Shown: one piece after another, positions 51,165 through 64,000 of the stretch
Position numbering within the stretch: the stretch's first letter is position 1
Layout of the letters: each line of letters starts with the position of its first letter
Source of the DNA: Tubiluchus corallicola
Taxonomy: Eukaryota > Animalia > Priapulida
Direction of reading: 5' to 3'
NCBI GenBank assembly: GCA_030141605.1
Contig: JAQGDQ010000405.1
Location: 1-64,000, forward strand
Length of the DNA stretch: 64,000 bases
Notes under the pieces: model-generated
What the model saw: the letters and a program-made list of their open reading frames with translations, nothing else
Databases searched by the model: none
Told to the model about the DNA's origin: nothing
Translations under genes and position numbers: made by a program

Positions 51165-53269
51165 TTTGAATATTTTATTTCATTATTTTGTACCAATAAT
51201 GTTTGTATCAGGTTGAGTTTGAGATGTGTCTGATAGCTTTAAGGAGATGTCATAATGTGCATTTTACACATTCATGATATGCCTAAAAAGTACACCACAT
51301 ACATTTCACTTGTGCAAGTACAATTTTTATCAGCTATATAACTTTATGATAAACCACATCAACAAGTTCTTGTTTATTCCCCCATTTTTGATTGAGCATG
51401 TGTCAAGTCTTATCTGTGATAAGAAAGCATTTTTCAAGTTCTCTAGCTATGACTCAATTGCTCCAACCCTTTTCAGTGAAGTACCCCCGATTTCTAGACC
51501 ATCGATCCATACAACCAGCATGACCATAAATTGAGAAATTGCGGTTATTTTACTAAGAATCAGCTTAAACTTTAGTGCATATGCTTTCCTTGTTTTGTAT
51601 AAATGTTTGTCAATTCGAGCATTATTAGAGTTATCACCCACCCATCTATATTTATTTTGTCTCCTTCTGCACTTCTAAGTGGTTAAGTTTAAGACCTTAA
51701 ATACTGTTTTTTCTACTCACTTTTCTACTCGGGAAACCGTCTTGCGCATCTAGGCCGTGGATGAGAATTGCCGCACCAGAATGTTTCAATAGCACATTTA
51801 TTTGCTTAAATCACACAGAGCAGTCATTAAAACTCGCATACACAAAAATTTAGCTACTTATGCTTTTAATAATGAATTTAAATGAGGCAATCCCAGCATG
51901 GCGTGAAGCTTATATTTTGGAAAAAACACAAGGGTCGAGGGAGTAGAAGAAGATGAAAAAAGGAAAAGCCTTTTCGATGTTGCATTGAACACTCTGCGAA
52001 AAACTAAGTATTTTAAATTAAATTTTTAAATTAATTTACTGTTAAAATTAAAATTTAAATAAAACTGGTTACAAGGTGCAAAAATTTTCAGACTGTCTAA
52101 TTTACTCATGTTTCAATAGAGTTAATACAGTCTTTCGGTAGCGAGCTTAGGAAATGTAGTGTACTAAATTCATATTAAAACCTATACGTTGAAATTTGCT
52201 CACTCTAACCGAGTTTCTTGCAATAGCGTTTACCTAATTATGCCAGATAAACTTACACAAATTGAAGACTTTGCAAGGGTAATACGGAACGAGGAAGGTA
52301 AAAAAGCAGACAGACAACAAGCAGCAAAAAGATTCGCAAATGAAGTATTTGCAACCAGACTAGATCGAATATGGTTATAAAGATAATTAAGCTAGGAAAT
52401 TATGTATACGAAAAGAATGAGTTTCAAAAATGTTCAAATGAGGACTGAGAGAAACTCTAGGCAAGAGTATTTGAGGAAAAATTTTCATTACTCCTGAAGA
52501 CCTGGAACATAAATTCAACTTCAAATGAAATTTATCATGAACACAAGCTGTAGATAGGTAATTAATTACAGTTAATCACTACACTATAATACATTTATAC
52601 ACGTATAAGCCTAATGCACAGGCACCATTATTTTTTGTTACATAAAACAAAAATTCAGTTCAGTGGGGGTTCACGGGGCCTCGGGGAAGGGGTTAGCAGT
52701 TGAGGAGGGACGCTGAAAATACTTTTGCCTAGTGTGTCAAACTACATAGAGCTGGCCCTGTCTGTATGAATTCAAAGTCCCATTGAGCTCCTATGCTAAC
52801 ATACGTAACAGAATTAAATCTTCACTTAATGTGAAAAAAATTAACCACCAAAAATCCCGCAAAAGAATTTTGCACGTAACCCCACTCATGCCACACCACG
52901 CCACCACACACGCGAACACAACATTGGTAGTGGCGACAATGATGACTGTAATAACAACGACCACAACCATAGCAGCAAGGACAACTGCAACACACCGAAT
53001 ACACGGAAAACAACGAGTATATAAGTTTTGTGAAAAGCAGACCAGAGTGTAAATTTTGAAAGCTTTTACTCTCCATTTCTTCTGGTGATCCCAATTTGGA
53101 AAATAAACCATAAATGAGAAACACTAAATCGACACATTTCATATTTGATGTAAAGTTCATGGAAAATGGTGCAGTCATTGGAACTGTACTCGCAGAAACC
53201 ACATAATTATACATTATAAGTTATGAGTTGTAACAAATAAAAAAATGCAGACATATATGCATTACCGAT

Positions 53270-54740
53270 GAAATCAATATATTGGACTAGCAAAAAGGTT
53301 TTGCTCAAAAATACACTTATGATCAATAATGCACATCTTACCTAGTCTACTAAATTTTGATGGAAAATCGTTAAATGCTTGATTTATATCGCAATTGTCT
53401 TTAACTCTTGCTTCCATAAATGCTTGATTCAGGTCATTTAAAAAAACGTGCAGAATCAATATTATTCAAATTCCGTTTCCTGATTTTTGCTTGTTTTGTC
53501 CATAAGTAAGAATTTTTACAAATGGCAAACACAGGTAGGTGATCTGATATTTGGTTCAGGACTACACCAGCATAAAAGGGGGAAGTAGGGGAGTTTGTAT
53601 AAATATGGTCAAAAAGTGTTATAACTGTACAAGAGAAACGTGTAGCTTAGTGATCAATGGCTTATCAAATTCTATTTTCATATTTCTTTTAATTTGAAAT
53701 TCTATAAAATTTTTAATATATAAGGCCATACTACCTGCATTAGTTACTGACTTATGTGAAAAGTGTAGCCGGGGAGAGAACATAAAAAAGGTTGATGATT
53801 TTTCATACGAGTTTCACTAATGGCGATAATATCAGGGGCCTGAGAAAAACAACAAAGTACATCGAGTAATAATTTTTTATTAAACTATTCGTATTCACAT
53901 GGACAAACAAAAAATCATTTTTATTTGCGTTGAGATTGATGTCATTCTTTAGAGATTCTAGTTTATTATAATTACATGTGAAGTTCATCGAATGATGATC
54001 AGCTTTGTTAGGATTTGGAGAAAGATGTTCATCCAATGCAGTAGTTATTTGCTCGATATCTTCAGCATCAACAAAATGTGAGAAAATAATTGACAATTCC
54101 TCATCTTCTGTATTTTAAAAAGGCATAACATCGTTAATGCATTTTAAACGATAATAAACATCAGAAGTTTTCGATAAAGTCACAAATTGCTCTCTTGTTA
54201 AGCTTGTGCATTTTAAGTGTGTCCAACACTTGCAGATGTCACAAAAAATACTAAATTGATTATTTTTGCAATTGCATGGGTAAACCATAACTATGTAATA
54301 AAATGTAACTAAGAAGATTTACTAATCTAAGCATTTATTTTAGGGTGTTCAAGTCTTCCTCCCTTTGAACTTCAACAGTATTACAATTGTGCCTGGTTCG
54401 AATAAAAATTTTACGATTCTGCCAATTGTACTTGTAGTTGTGGTTTCTTTTGAATTCTAGACATTTGAGAAAAACCATCCTTCGTTTGGTCGTGAGCAGC
54501 TAGTTGATGTAGATCTGATTGTCTACGGTGTAAGTGGCACTAGTAAGATTACCTGTTTCCCAGCTTTTTTCCTTCTTGGCTTGCTGATGCAAGTTTTTCA
54601 TCATTTCAAAGCTACCCGAGATGAACTGCTGAGATTTTTCTATTTCTTCAGTTTTTTTATCCATTGTGTTTGCCTTGTGAATAACTGCATTAACCTGCTG
54701 TACTAGCACATTGACATGCCTTTTTAGCGCTGGTAGCTTG
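53270..54740 (-). mobile_element. Decayed CR1/L2-group LINE 5' half: ORF1 remnant, PHD finger, AP endonuclease
   Basis: IEKSQQFIS and IYIN.LLT..R..F...K..YKYxW (ORF1); SIFCDICKCWTHLKC (PHD); FVHVNTNSL and PDIIAISETR (APE); many stops. Confidence 0.8.
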
Positions 54741-57335
54741 AAGATAATTTAATACGTGACTGCTTAGTCTTGGGGACTACAGACGCGAAAGCCACACCAA
54801 GAATGCTACGAGATAACAACTTGACCTTGCAAAGTGCTATTGACGCGTGCCACAGTAGCGAACAAGAGCAAAAACAATTAACTCAGATGGCAACACCAGA
54901 AGTTGTGCAATGCAGAAAAGCACAGACAAAAGTTTTGCGCAAAACCAGCGAATTATAATCATCGAAATAGAGCGAATTTTCCAAGAGATTCGCGTAAATG
55001 CATTTACTGAGGGACTCAGAATGAAAAAGGGAAAAGGAAAAATGCCCGGCTTTTGGGAAAACGTGTCATAAGTGCGGAAAAGAAAATCAGTTCGAGAAAG
55101 TGTGCAGAAGCGCAACAGTTACATTCAGACAGAGAAGCAGCAGGCCTACAAGTGCAGGCGCTACATTCAGACACAGAGAAAGCAGACGTGGTATACATGC
55201 ATTGTATGAAAGTACAGACACTACAGAGACTGAATCCGACGAGGAACTATATACAGTTGAAAAGAAGCGGGGCAATCAGTATTTTGTTACTTTACCGGCT
55301 CAGCTGCAAAGCAAGAATCATAGCGGCATTTTCAAAGAGTGAAATTTCAACTAGACAGCGGGTCTACGTGCAACATAATGGGTTTAAATGACATTCGGAA
55401 AATTAGCACAAGATACGATGTGCATTTTTTAGAGCGCAGCAACGTCACAATGAAGCTGTACGACGGGATAACTATACAGTCTGAAGGCAACTGTATTAGT
55501 AGACTGAAGCATAACCGTGAAGCATGGGATGTGAAGTTTGAAATAGCAAAAATGAGCAGAATCCCATACTGTCAGGTTCAACATGTGAGAAGATGGGACT
55601 CATCACAGTGGACATTAATGTAGAATCGTGCTACAAAGTGCAAGCAAAACAGCAAAAAGATAGCCTAACTGAAGAATTTATAGATATTTTTGAATGTTTA
55701 GGATGCATCGGCAGAAAATACGACATACAGTTACAAGATGGTACAAAACCAATAAAGTAGCAGCCACGTCGCGTACCAACTGCAATGCGCCAGAAACTGA
55801 AAAAGTGACTAAACGAAATGGAAGAAATGGGTGTAATTACAAAAGTGAGAGAACCAACTGAATGGACTAGCAATATAGTGTCAGTGTCGTGGAAAAAGAA
55901 AAAGCTACGACTCTGCCTAGACCCAAACGAATTAAATGCAGTTATTAAACGCTCAAACTAGGTGATGCCAACAATTGACAAAATTTTACTGGACTTGGCA
56001 AATGCTAAAGTGTTTAGTGTGCTAGATGCCAAAGATGGTTCTTGGCAGGCGAAACTTACCAAAAAAAAGCAGCTACATGACTACATTTTGGACCCCGTGG
56101 GGCCGCTAGAGATGGCTACGGATGCCTTTTGAACTTTCGTCGGCACCTGAGGAATACCAACAGAGGCAGCATGAGATCCTAGAAGAATTCTTTGGCATAG
56201 ATGTTGCAGGTGATATTTTAGTTACCGGATCAGGTGAAAATTTGAAGTAGCCAGCAAGGATCACGAAAAGAATTTGAGAGAATTTTTCGAAAGAGCAAGA
56301 AATGTGAACTTAAAAATCAACCCAGCGAAAATGAAACTTTGCATGACTGAAGTGACTTACATGGGCCACCTGTTGACGTCCAAAGGCTTAAAGCCAGACC
56401 CTGAAAAAGTGGTAGAAATCCAAAACATGGAAAAACCTAAAGATGCAGCAAATGTGCTGAAACTACTATGAATGGCAAACTACCTATCGAAATCTTGCCC
56501 ACACCTGTCTGATGTGTGTCAGCCCCTGAGGAAACTAACAGACACCTCTTGCAATTTTGAACTGTCAGAATATCATGATGAAACATTCCAGAAACTCAAG
56601 GAACTGGTGACTAGAGAACCTACTCTGAAATATTATGATACTTGTAAAGCTGTAGAAATAGAGTGTGACTCATCTGAGAGTGGCTTAGGAGTTGTGTTAA
56701 TGCAAGATGGCCAACCAGTAGCCTATGGTTCCAGGACTCTTACTAAAACAGAGCAAAACTATGCACAGATCGAAAAAGAGTGCTTGTCGATCGTGTACGC
56801 ATGCGAACATTTCAACCAGTATATACTAGGCAAAAGTGATTTGACAGTGTACACAGATCATAAGCCATTAGAAATCATCATGCGAAAGCCACTTCTAGCT
56901 GCACCCAAACGATTGCAGGGATGTTATAAGGCTTCAACGTTATTCACCAACAGTGAAATACAGAAAAGGTCCGAAGGTGTTCATATCCGATATGTTGTCA
57001 AGAGCAGCACTAGATAAACCACATGAGAATACTGGACAAGAAAACCGGCTATTAACGGACTGGCAAATTTTCTCACTCAGAGACAAAAATAAATTTCTGC
57101 AAGAATTAGAGGAGATATCCGAAATCACTCCTAAACTGTCTACTCAGGGCTTGGAAAACAAAAATAAATTCACAGCTAGATCCTACAACACTCAGTCTGA
57201 AAGCCACAATACTGAATTAATGGCTAGATTCAAAAGATGAGCTATCAACACCAGTAGCAGCATATTGGCATGTGAGAGATGAATTAACAACTCAAAATAG
57301 AATTATTTTTAAACAGCCGAGAATATTCCGAAAAA
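54740..57335 (+). mobile_element. Decayed Ty3/Gypsy LTR retrotransposon gag-pol
   Basis: CPAFGKTCHKCGK knuckle, FQLDSGSTCN protease, RLCLDP / FSVLDAKDG / TTFWTPWGR / LRMPF RT, CDSSESGLG...YAQIEKE...TDHKPL RNase H; stops and frameshifts; integrase and LTRs not seen. Confidence 0.93.
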
Positions 57336-60300
57336 CCTTAGATTGGACTTCACGCAGAAACTCTCACGGACTACACTCACCTCGCACTACTCAAATCATT
57401 TTATTTATTGTGTATTAATGTGTATGATATTGTATTTTGATGTGTGAAAATAAATTTATAGTTTTACTAACCCGTATTTTTTCTATAGTGTTGTGAATGT
57501 GATAACCTACTAAACTGTGTTTTTTCTTAGTTTGGGCTGTGATTTATTGACTTGTTGAACATGGCAAAACTTTTTAGTCCTTATGTGATATTCAGTAAGT
57601 CCAATTTATAAGAGCTGCTAAATTGTTACATGCACCTGTTGCCAAAATTTATGCTGTGAATCTTATGCGTGTGCGGTGGAATGGTAGCGGATTTTTTAAA
57701 CTGCCAAAAATTTAGTTAAAATATCGGAAACACTGTTTGTTTAAGTGTTGAATAAGACGTTAAAGTTAATGAATGAAGAAAATTTAGTTTTAAAGCAGAC
57801 GGGCTATTTCGGTGAGATTGCTCAAATTTTACGCCGAGGCTTACTCAATTTTACTATAATGAGTGACCATTTTAATGACATATGTATATATATAATATAT
57901 GTATATATATAATATATGTATAATATAATATATATAATGGTTTAAAGGGTGAAGGGCATGATATGGTTGAATGATGTACTATGTACATCGTGCTGTGTGA
58001 GTTGTCGTTGAAGTTTTGCAAGCAAAATTGGGGTCTGGCTAGCAATTTAAAATTGATTCGCGATTATGTCTCCTAACTTCACATTAAAAAACGGTTTTCA
58101 ACAATAGGGGACACATGCCAAGCCTAGTTAATTTGTTGTCCACATTTTTGCAGCATGCGGATCGAGCATATTCAATTTCACTCAATTCGCGTTTTAAGGA
58201 TGCGGATATTTACAATTGCGGATTTTTCTGCATACACAAGAAAGTGATATCTATCCATCTCTGACGAGCGCTCCCTAGCTTTCGCGGTACGGATCGATCC
58301 GTATTTTCTAGTGAAAGCTTTCGAGGCACGAATCCGTACCTTTAGTCACTACCTATTAGAAAAACCGCCCTGAAAGTAACAGTGCCATCTAGGTCCATAT
58401 TTCCTTCGGATAAGGTATCTTGGATAACGATATACGGATGTACAGTAATTCAATGGCTTTGTATACTCTTCAGTGTGATGACGTTCAACGTATCAACCAG
58501 CATGAGTCACAATGTGTAACTATGGCAACCAGGCCGCTCACTGCTTTGTAATTTCAGTAGCCGTTCGCTTCTGTAAAAATTATGAATAAATTTTCTGTGA
58601 ATTTGTGTTAAAGGGTTCAAACACGAAAGGGCAGCAATTGGGCTGCTGAAGAATGAGTCGCGAGCTGAGCTGAACTGCTGAAGTACGTCTTAGCACTAAA
58701 CTCCTTTGACTAATTTACAGTGCTACCTATGTGTTGTATAAACTGCTACTTTGGAAGTGTTGTATAAGTGCAGCAGCTACGTAATAAAATGAAAATGAGG
58801 ACACTTCGGTCAGAGCTACACATGTTTGTGATGATTTGCTTATGTCTACTTTTGCCGCAACCAGGTTAGGATTAACTCTAGCTTTCCTTGTTCGAAATAA
58901 CATTTTTACTTACTTTCTGAATTTACCCCCAAAATTTGGATGGGTCGGATTATACGCTGGCTATGCAGCTCAATTTACCGAAAACAGAAAACATACGAAG
59001 TACAACATCCTTGACTTGAGTATTAATAATAATATTTCGGTTTATTTACCTCTTATCCTTGACTGTAGCAAAATCTCATTTTTCAGGAGATCACTTCAGG
59101 ACAAAACACTAATAACGTGTCTATCTTACCACTTTTTAAATGATTTATTACAATGTAGTAATATGGGTACATATGTAGTACGTGGTACAGTGTAGTAGTA
59201 ATTGCAATACGTTATGAGTGCAAGTAGAACAGCAAACAATATTACAAAATTGCTGATTCTCGAAGTTTAACCATTTTATATACCACATATTTTGGTTATG
59301 GTTAATGTAGCCCCAATAACATTGCTGTGCTAACAAGTAGAAAGTGTGCGTTCAATGTAAGTATGTTGTATACAGTTTTATGAGTTACATGTCACGTAAA
59401 TTTTGGGTATATTAAAGGACTGTCTGACCATTGATTTTGGTTATCACTTAGCCAACAGTTCATATAGCTCACATTAGTATCTCACTTACAGATTGAGAGG
59501 TGAAACAAAAAAAGTGTAAGATCAGTAGTATATTTTGGTTATATGACATCCATCTGAACACGGCCATGTGGGCATGGGACCTTTGGGCACCAGATGTTTA
59601 GGCGTAAAGATGTTGTACTTATTTTTTTATTCAAATTTTTATCTAAATTTTTAGTGATTCACTATCTTCCTGACTCTTATCATATATTCTCTCACCTGGA
59701 GCTGTACAAATTATGAGCGAATAGAAATATTATACAAAGTGTTTCTTACTAAAATTGCCAGATGTAGTAATATCTGTTACAACTATTTAAACCAATCTAC
59801 AATTGATTTTGCAATTCTTGTTTTCCATTTTTTGTATTAATGTGATGTCTATAAAATGAACGAAACAAAAGACAAGTAGATATATTTATGTTCAAATAAA
59901 ATGTTATCTAGTTCCCCTACATCCAGCATTTCTCAACTTACTCACAATAGTGCTGTGCAGATCATATCGGTATGGTTATCATAATAGTATACAGCATTAT
60001 TTTTGTCCAATTATGGCCCATTGATGTGGGAATGCGTTCCCATCCTAATAAAACATAACCAGAAATATGGAAATATTTGCATTTGTATGTTATTTTATCA
60101 GCTTAAATCGTTCCATTTTATGTAGTGAATGATCATTGTTACCTTTATTTAAGATCAAAATTTCAAGTTTGTCTATGTATAAATGTTCAAGAAGAACCGT
60201 CCCTTGGCTACCGGTAACAACTGCATGATTGCTGGCCCATTTATGAGTATCTAATGTCGTCTAGCCAAGGTTGCCATGTATGGCTGATAATGTGAATCAT

Positions 60301-61329
60301 TAGTCACATAAATTGATTGCCATGGTTACTGTTTATCTTAGCAAGGGCATATTGATAACAGGGTTTGACAAAAAAGTCGCTTCTAACCACTGTAAATTGT
60401 AAATATGAACTGACATCAAAATCTTAATACACAGAAGATGTAACAGATGCAATAGCGACAATGTAGTGATTGTTTATCTTATTAACTACATGTATATAGC
60501 AACACTGGCTAAAACCATTAATGCTCTTTGCATGCCCTATACTCTGCAAAAACTTGTCCAGAAACTTTGTTGCTAACTCTGTTGTCAAAAAGCTTTGTGC
60601 TAATTATATGCCCACTTGCAAAGGCACCCCTTTAACAAGAATGCATTTTCGTATTTAAATTCATACATACTATACACGTAAAGTGTCTGAATCTTCCTTG
60701 CTTTTTTGTTTTCTGCAATGCTTTTCATCATCACTGTCCTCATCTAGTTTACTCTGGAATGTCAGAATGATCATTTACAATGTTATCACATGTTTTAAGT
60801 TTTTTTACAAGCAGGTGTGCATTTCATGTTGTTAGTATTGTTAGTAGCACATTGGCAACCAGAAGATCTACACTCCTTGGGGCATTTGCATGCTAATCTC
60901 TCCAGGATGTGATCTGCCGCATTGAGTCCTGTCGTCCAGTCTTTTTTAGTTGGTCATATTCCTGTAACTATCAATGAACTTCAACTGTTGAATTTTAAAA
61001 AAAAATTATAGGAAAAAGTTGGAAGACGCCCTAGATTTGGACAAAGGACATCTTGAAACCAAAATGCCTCTGGTTCAAATGTAGGCTGTTTCTGGATTTT
61101 TTCACATTTTTTGTCTTGGACCAAATTTAGTTTCAAACTGAACAATTGTGGCTCTATTCCCTCATTAATAATAATAATCTTGAAATTATAAATAATTAGT
61201 TTATTCGGCACCACTTTAGCAATATAGCTACAATTAAGTACCACTGTTCCTTTAGATGTGATAAACAAAACTGCAGATGAAAAACTTACCCTGTTAGAGT
61301 AGGTAAGTTCTACCAATGTAAACGTCCCT

Positions 61330-62230
61330 ATAATTCTGGGATGACTAAAGGAATAATTAAGTCAATTAAATCAAGTGATCTGATGAACAAAACTTTATTG
61401 TTCATTGCATAATTCCCATCAGAAAAATGCGCTTAAAATTAACATTAGTACCTATAATAAAAGCATCAAATATTTGATATGTAGAGCTTTTACATCAGTT
61501 ACTTGTTAGATATCGTTTTAATATGGCGAAGACCTAACAAGGCGTAAATGAAGCACTGTGTCAAAGTAAATTTAAGGCAAGTTTCCCCAATTGCATGAAA
61601 ATTGATGATAAACTAGAATATGACAAGCAGAATGTCACATATAAATTTAATAAGTACTTCTTAGAAATAGGAGTGAAGCTGGCACAAAAAATTGCATCTA
61701 TTCTGATAGATTCACAGACTCGAGGCTATTTACCAGAAAACTGTTTAATGTGTAATCTTTTGATTTTGCATTAGTTATGTACAGAAAATGATGTTGTCAA
61801 TGTAATAGATAATCTTCACAGTTAGACTAGTTGTGTAGTGGTTGGTTTCTCTACAAAACAAATAAAAGACTTGAAGATATCCTTAGTAAATCATTTTTAA
61901 GATTCGAGGCTCTTTGACAGCAGTACCATTCTTGGCAATCTATATTTTGTCAGTGATCCAGTCCTTTACCATTGGCGGTTTTTAGCTGTTTTTGCTCGTT
62001 TTTTGCAGAACTTATCCTTCTTATTTTTAGAGATCGGGGGGTGGTAGGGGGCTGTGGGCCCAGAACAAATAATCTAAAACAGATACAGATACTAAAAATA
62101 ATATGACCACAAATCTATAGGAAAAGGCATAATCAGCATGTAGAATGCCTTATCTATTGAAACAAAAACATTTCTACAAAACAACTAATATTTCTAATTT
62201 TAAAACTTCATTGAAAAAAGTTAAAATGAT
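61330..62230 (+). mobile_element. Decayed CR1/L2-type LINE ORF2 fragments
   Basis: MTKGIIKSIK and FNKYFLEIGVKLAQKI segments typical of the APE-RT linker; boundaries approximate. Confidence 0.6.
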
Positions 62231-62311
62231 TATAACAGACCATTCCACAATGGAGGCGAATGAAATTGCTATGCAGACTGAATGTAGGTAAGTTTGCTAA
62301 TGGCATGCGGG

Positions 62312-63491
62312 CAAGTTTGGTACAGGTAAAATTGGTACGAGGAAAGTTTGGTACTGACAAAATTTGGTACTAGGAATTTTTAGTTTGCAATATCGTCTTT
62401 AGGTACAAGGAATTTTTAGAACTAGGAAAATGAGGTATGAGTAATGTTCAGTACAAGGAAAATAACCAGGATTGTTTCATACTGAGAAATATTGGTACAA
62501 GGAAATTTTAGTGTAAGGAAAATATCGTACTAAGATAGTTCGGTACTGGAAAATTTGGTACTAAACGAAAAATAGAGCGTTCCTATGTCTCAGTACAAAA
62601 TAATTGTTTCAACTGGAAAAGAGGAAATTTGGAACTAGGAAGGTCTGGTTTATGAAAAAGTTCAGAAAACCTCAGATTACTTTTTCTGTTTTTTTACAAA
62701 ACTTATCAAACTGATATAAGAAGTGGGCAGTGATGGCCGAAGGTCCTGTATAAGCATGGTTTGGTTTCCTATGAAGCCTCTTTTTGAACCGTTCTGCTTG
62801 ATGCTCCTACTACTGCTGCTGCTGGCATGGTGATGGAGATGGTGTAATGTTGTCATGATGCTGCTGTTTGCAGCAGTGGCAGTGGCAGAGATGGCATGTC
62901 ATCATGAAGATCATAGCTGTCATCGTCATTGAAATTACTTGTGTTTCTTGTAGATAATTTGTTACTGCTGCATCTGATTTGGCTTTTACTGTTGTTAACA
63001 TGGTGATCGATAAATAGAGATGCACTATGGTGATATTAACAATGATGATGGTGATGATGATGATGACGATAATAAGGACAACAAAAGCTAACATACATTA
63101 ATATACGACAAGAACTAACGTACATCAATATAACAGCATCAGTAAGAACAATAGTTAACAACTGCAGGAGCAACAATGATGACATCGACAGCAGCAACAG
63201 GACAAAAGTAACAATGGTGACACCAATAATGATAATTATCATTATTATTATAATGATGATTTTGATGTTGATATCAGTGATAATGATGACCATGGTAGTA
63301 GGCATAAAAAAGTGTAACCAAGAAATAGAAAAACAACAAGAAACTAACAGAAAAACAAATAAAAACAAATGCAACAATGTGAGCCTCTATAATTTCTTCG
63401 AGTAGGTTATACAAACATATATTTTCGTAGTACCGAACTTTCTCTGTATCAAACTTTCCCAGTACTAAACATTCCTAATACCAAACTTTCG
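62312..63491. mobile_element. Foldback-like element with modular inverted arms
   Basis: About 20-bp AAAGTTTGGTACTAGG-like units at 62312-62650 recur in reverse complement at 63420-63491. Confidence 0.55.
62990..63300. repeat. Degenerate trinucleotide (ATG/ATA/ACA)n low-complexity tract
   Basis: Directly visible; source of spurious Ile/His-rich ORFs. Confidence 0.75.
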
Positions 63492-64000
63492 GCTTGTATT
63501 CCATCAGCACCTGGTGCTTTGCCATGGGAGGTTTGTTCAATGGCTTTGACGATCTCCTCTAGTGTTGATGGTTGATCTAGGTCTTCATTTATTTTCATTT
63601 GGGGTAGTCGGTCTATTGCTTCTGCGTTTATGGATGATGGTCGGTTTAGAACAGTGTTGAAATGTTCTGCCCATCTTTTTAGGATGCCAGACTTGTCAGT
63701 TAGCAACTTTGTTCCATCTGCATTGAGGAGTGGTGAAGTCCCAGATGGTTGTGGACCGTAGATGGACTTGAGGGCATCATAGAACTTTTTTGAGTTGTTG
63801 GTGTCAGTGTAGTGTTGTATTTCTTCTGCTTTCCTTGACAGCCAAGCGTCTTGCATTTCACGGAGTTTCCTTTGCACCTCATTGCGTCTATGTATGAATG
63901 CTATCTTCGCTTCTGATGTGGGGTCATTTTTGTTGCATCCAGGTTGCTTTATTGTGCTTGGGAAGACGGAATAGGGTGTTTGTGATGATGAGTTCATGGC
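63490..64000 (-). mobile_element. RTE-clade (BovB-like) LINE ORF fragment, APE-RT linker to RT start
   Basis: WLSRKAEEIQ, FYDALKSIYGP, ILKRWAEHFNTVLNRPS, GKAPGADGIQAE; open frame; runs off the window end. Confidence 0.93.

Noticed and set aside
52783-53214. Overlapping ORFs of 89-130 aa as a gene
   Set aside because: No recognisable domain; they lie between a hAT-like end (about 52760) and a LINE remnant and are partly low-complexity.
62810-63405. Hydrophobic Ile-rich membrane-protein-like ORFs
   Set aside because: Low-complexity trinucleotide tract with no splice or domain support.

Overview
AT-rich animal (probably invertebrate) genomic DNA, not prokaryotic. The + strand carries two tandem thioester-containing protein units of the TEP / alpha-2-macroglobulin / CD109 family, reconstructed by hand from splice sites and family motifs. 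Unit 1 is present only as its last five exons (520-10980). Unit 2 has 32 frame-consistent exons (11645-51011, about 1780 codons) with an intact GCGEQ thioester, a catalytic His, a ~200-aa Pro/Gly-rich insert, a Thr-rich stalk and a GPI-signal-like tail. Unit 2 has no convincing signal-peptide exon and starts only ~660 bp after unit 1. A phase-matched donor inside unit 1's last exon could splice the two units into one double-TEP polypeptide; this is the main hypothesis to test. Introns and the downstream 13 kb contain 25-bp and 39-bp satellites, MITEs, a hAT/Buster remnant, several LINE fragments, a decayed Ty3/Gypsy pol and a foldback-like element.
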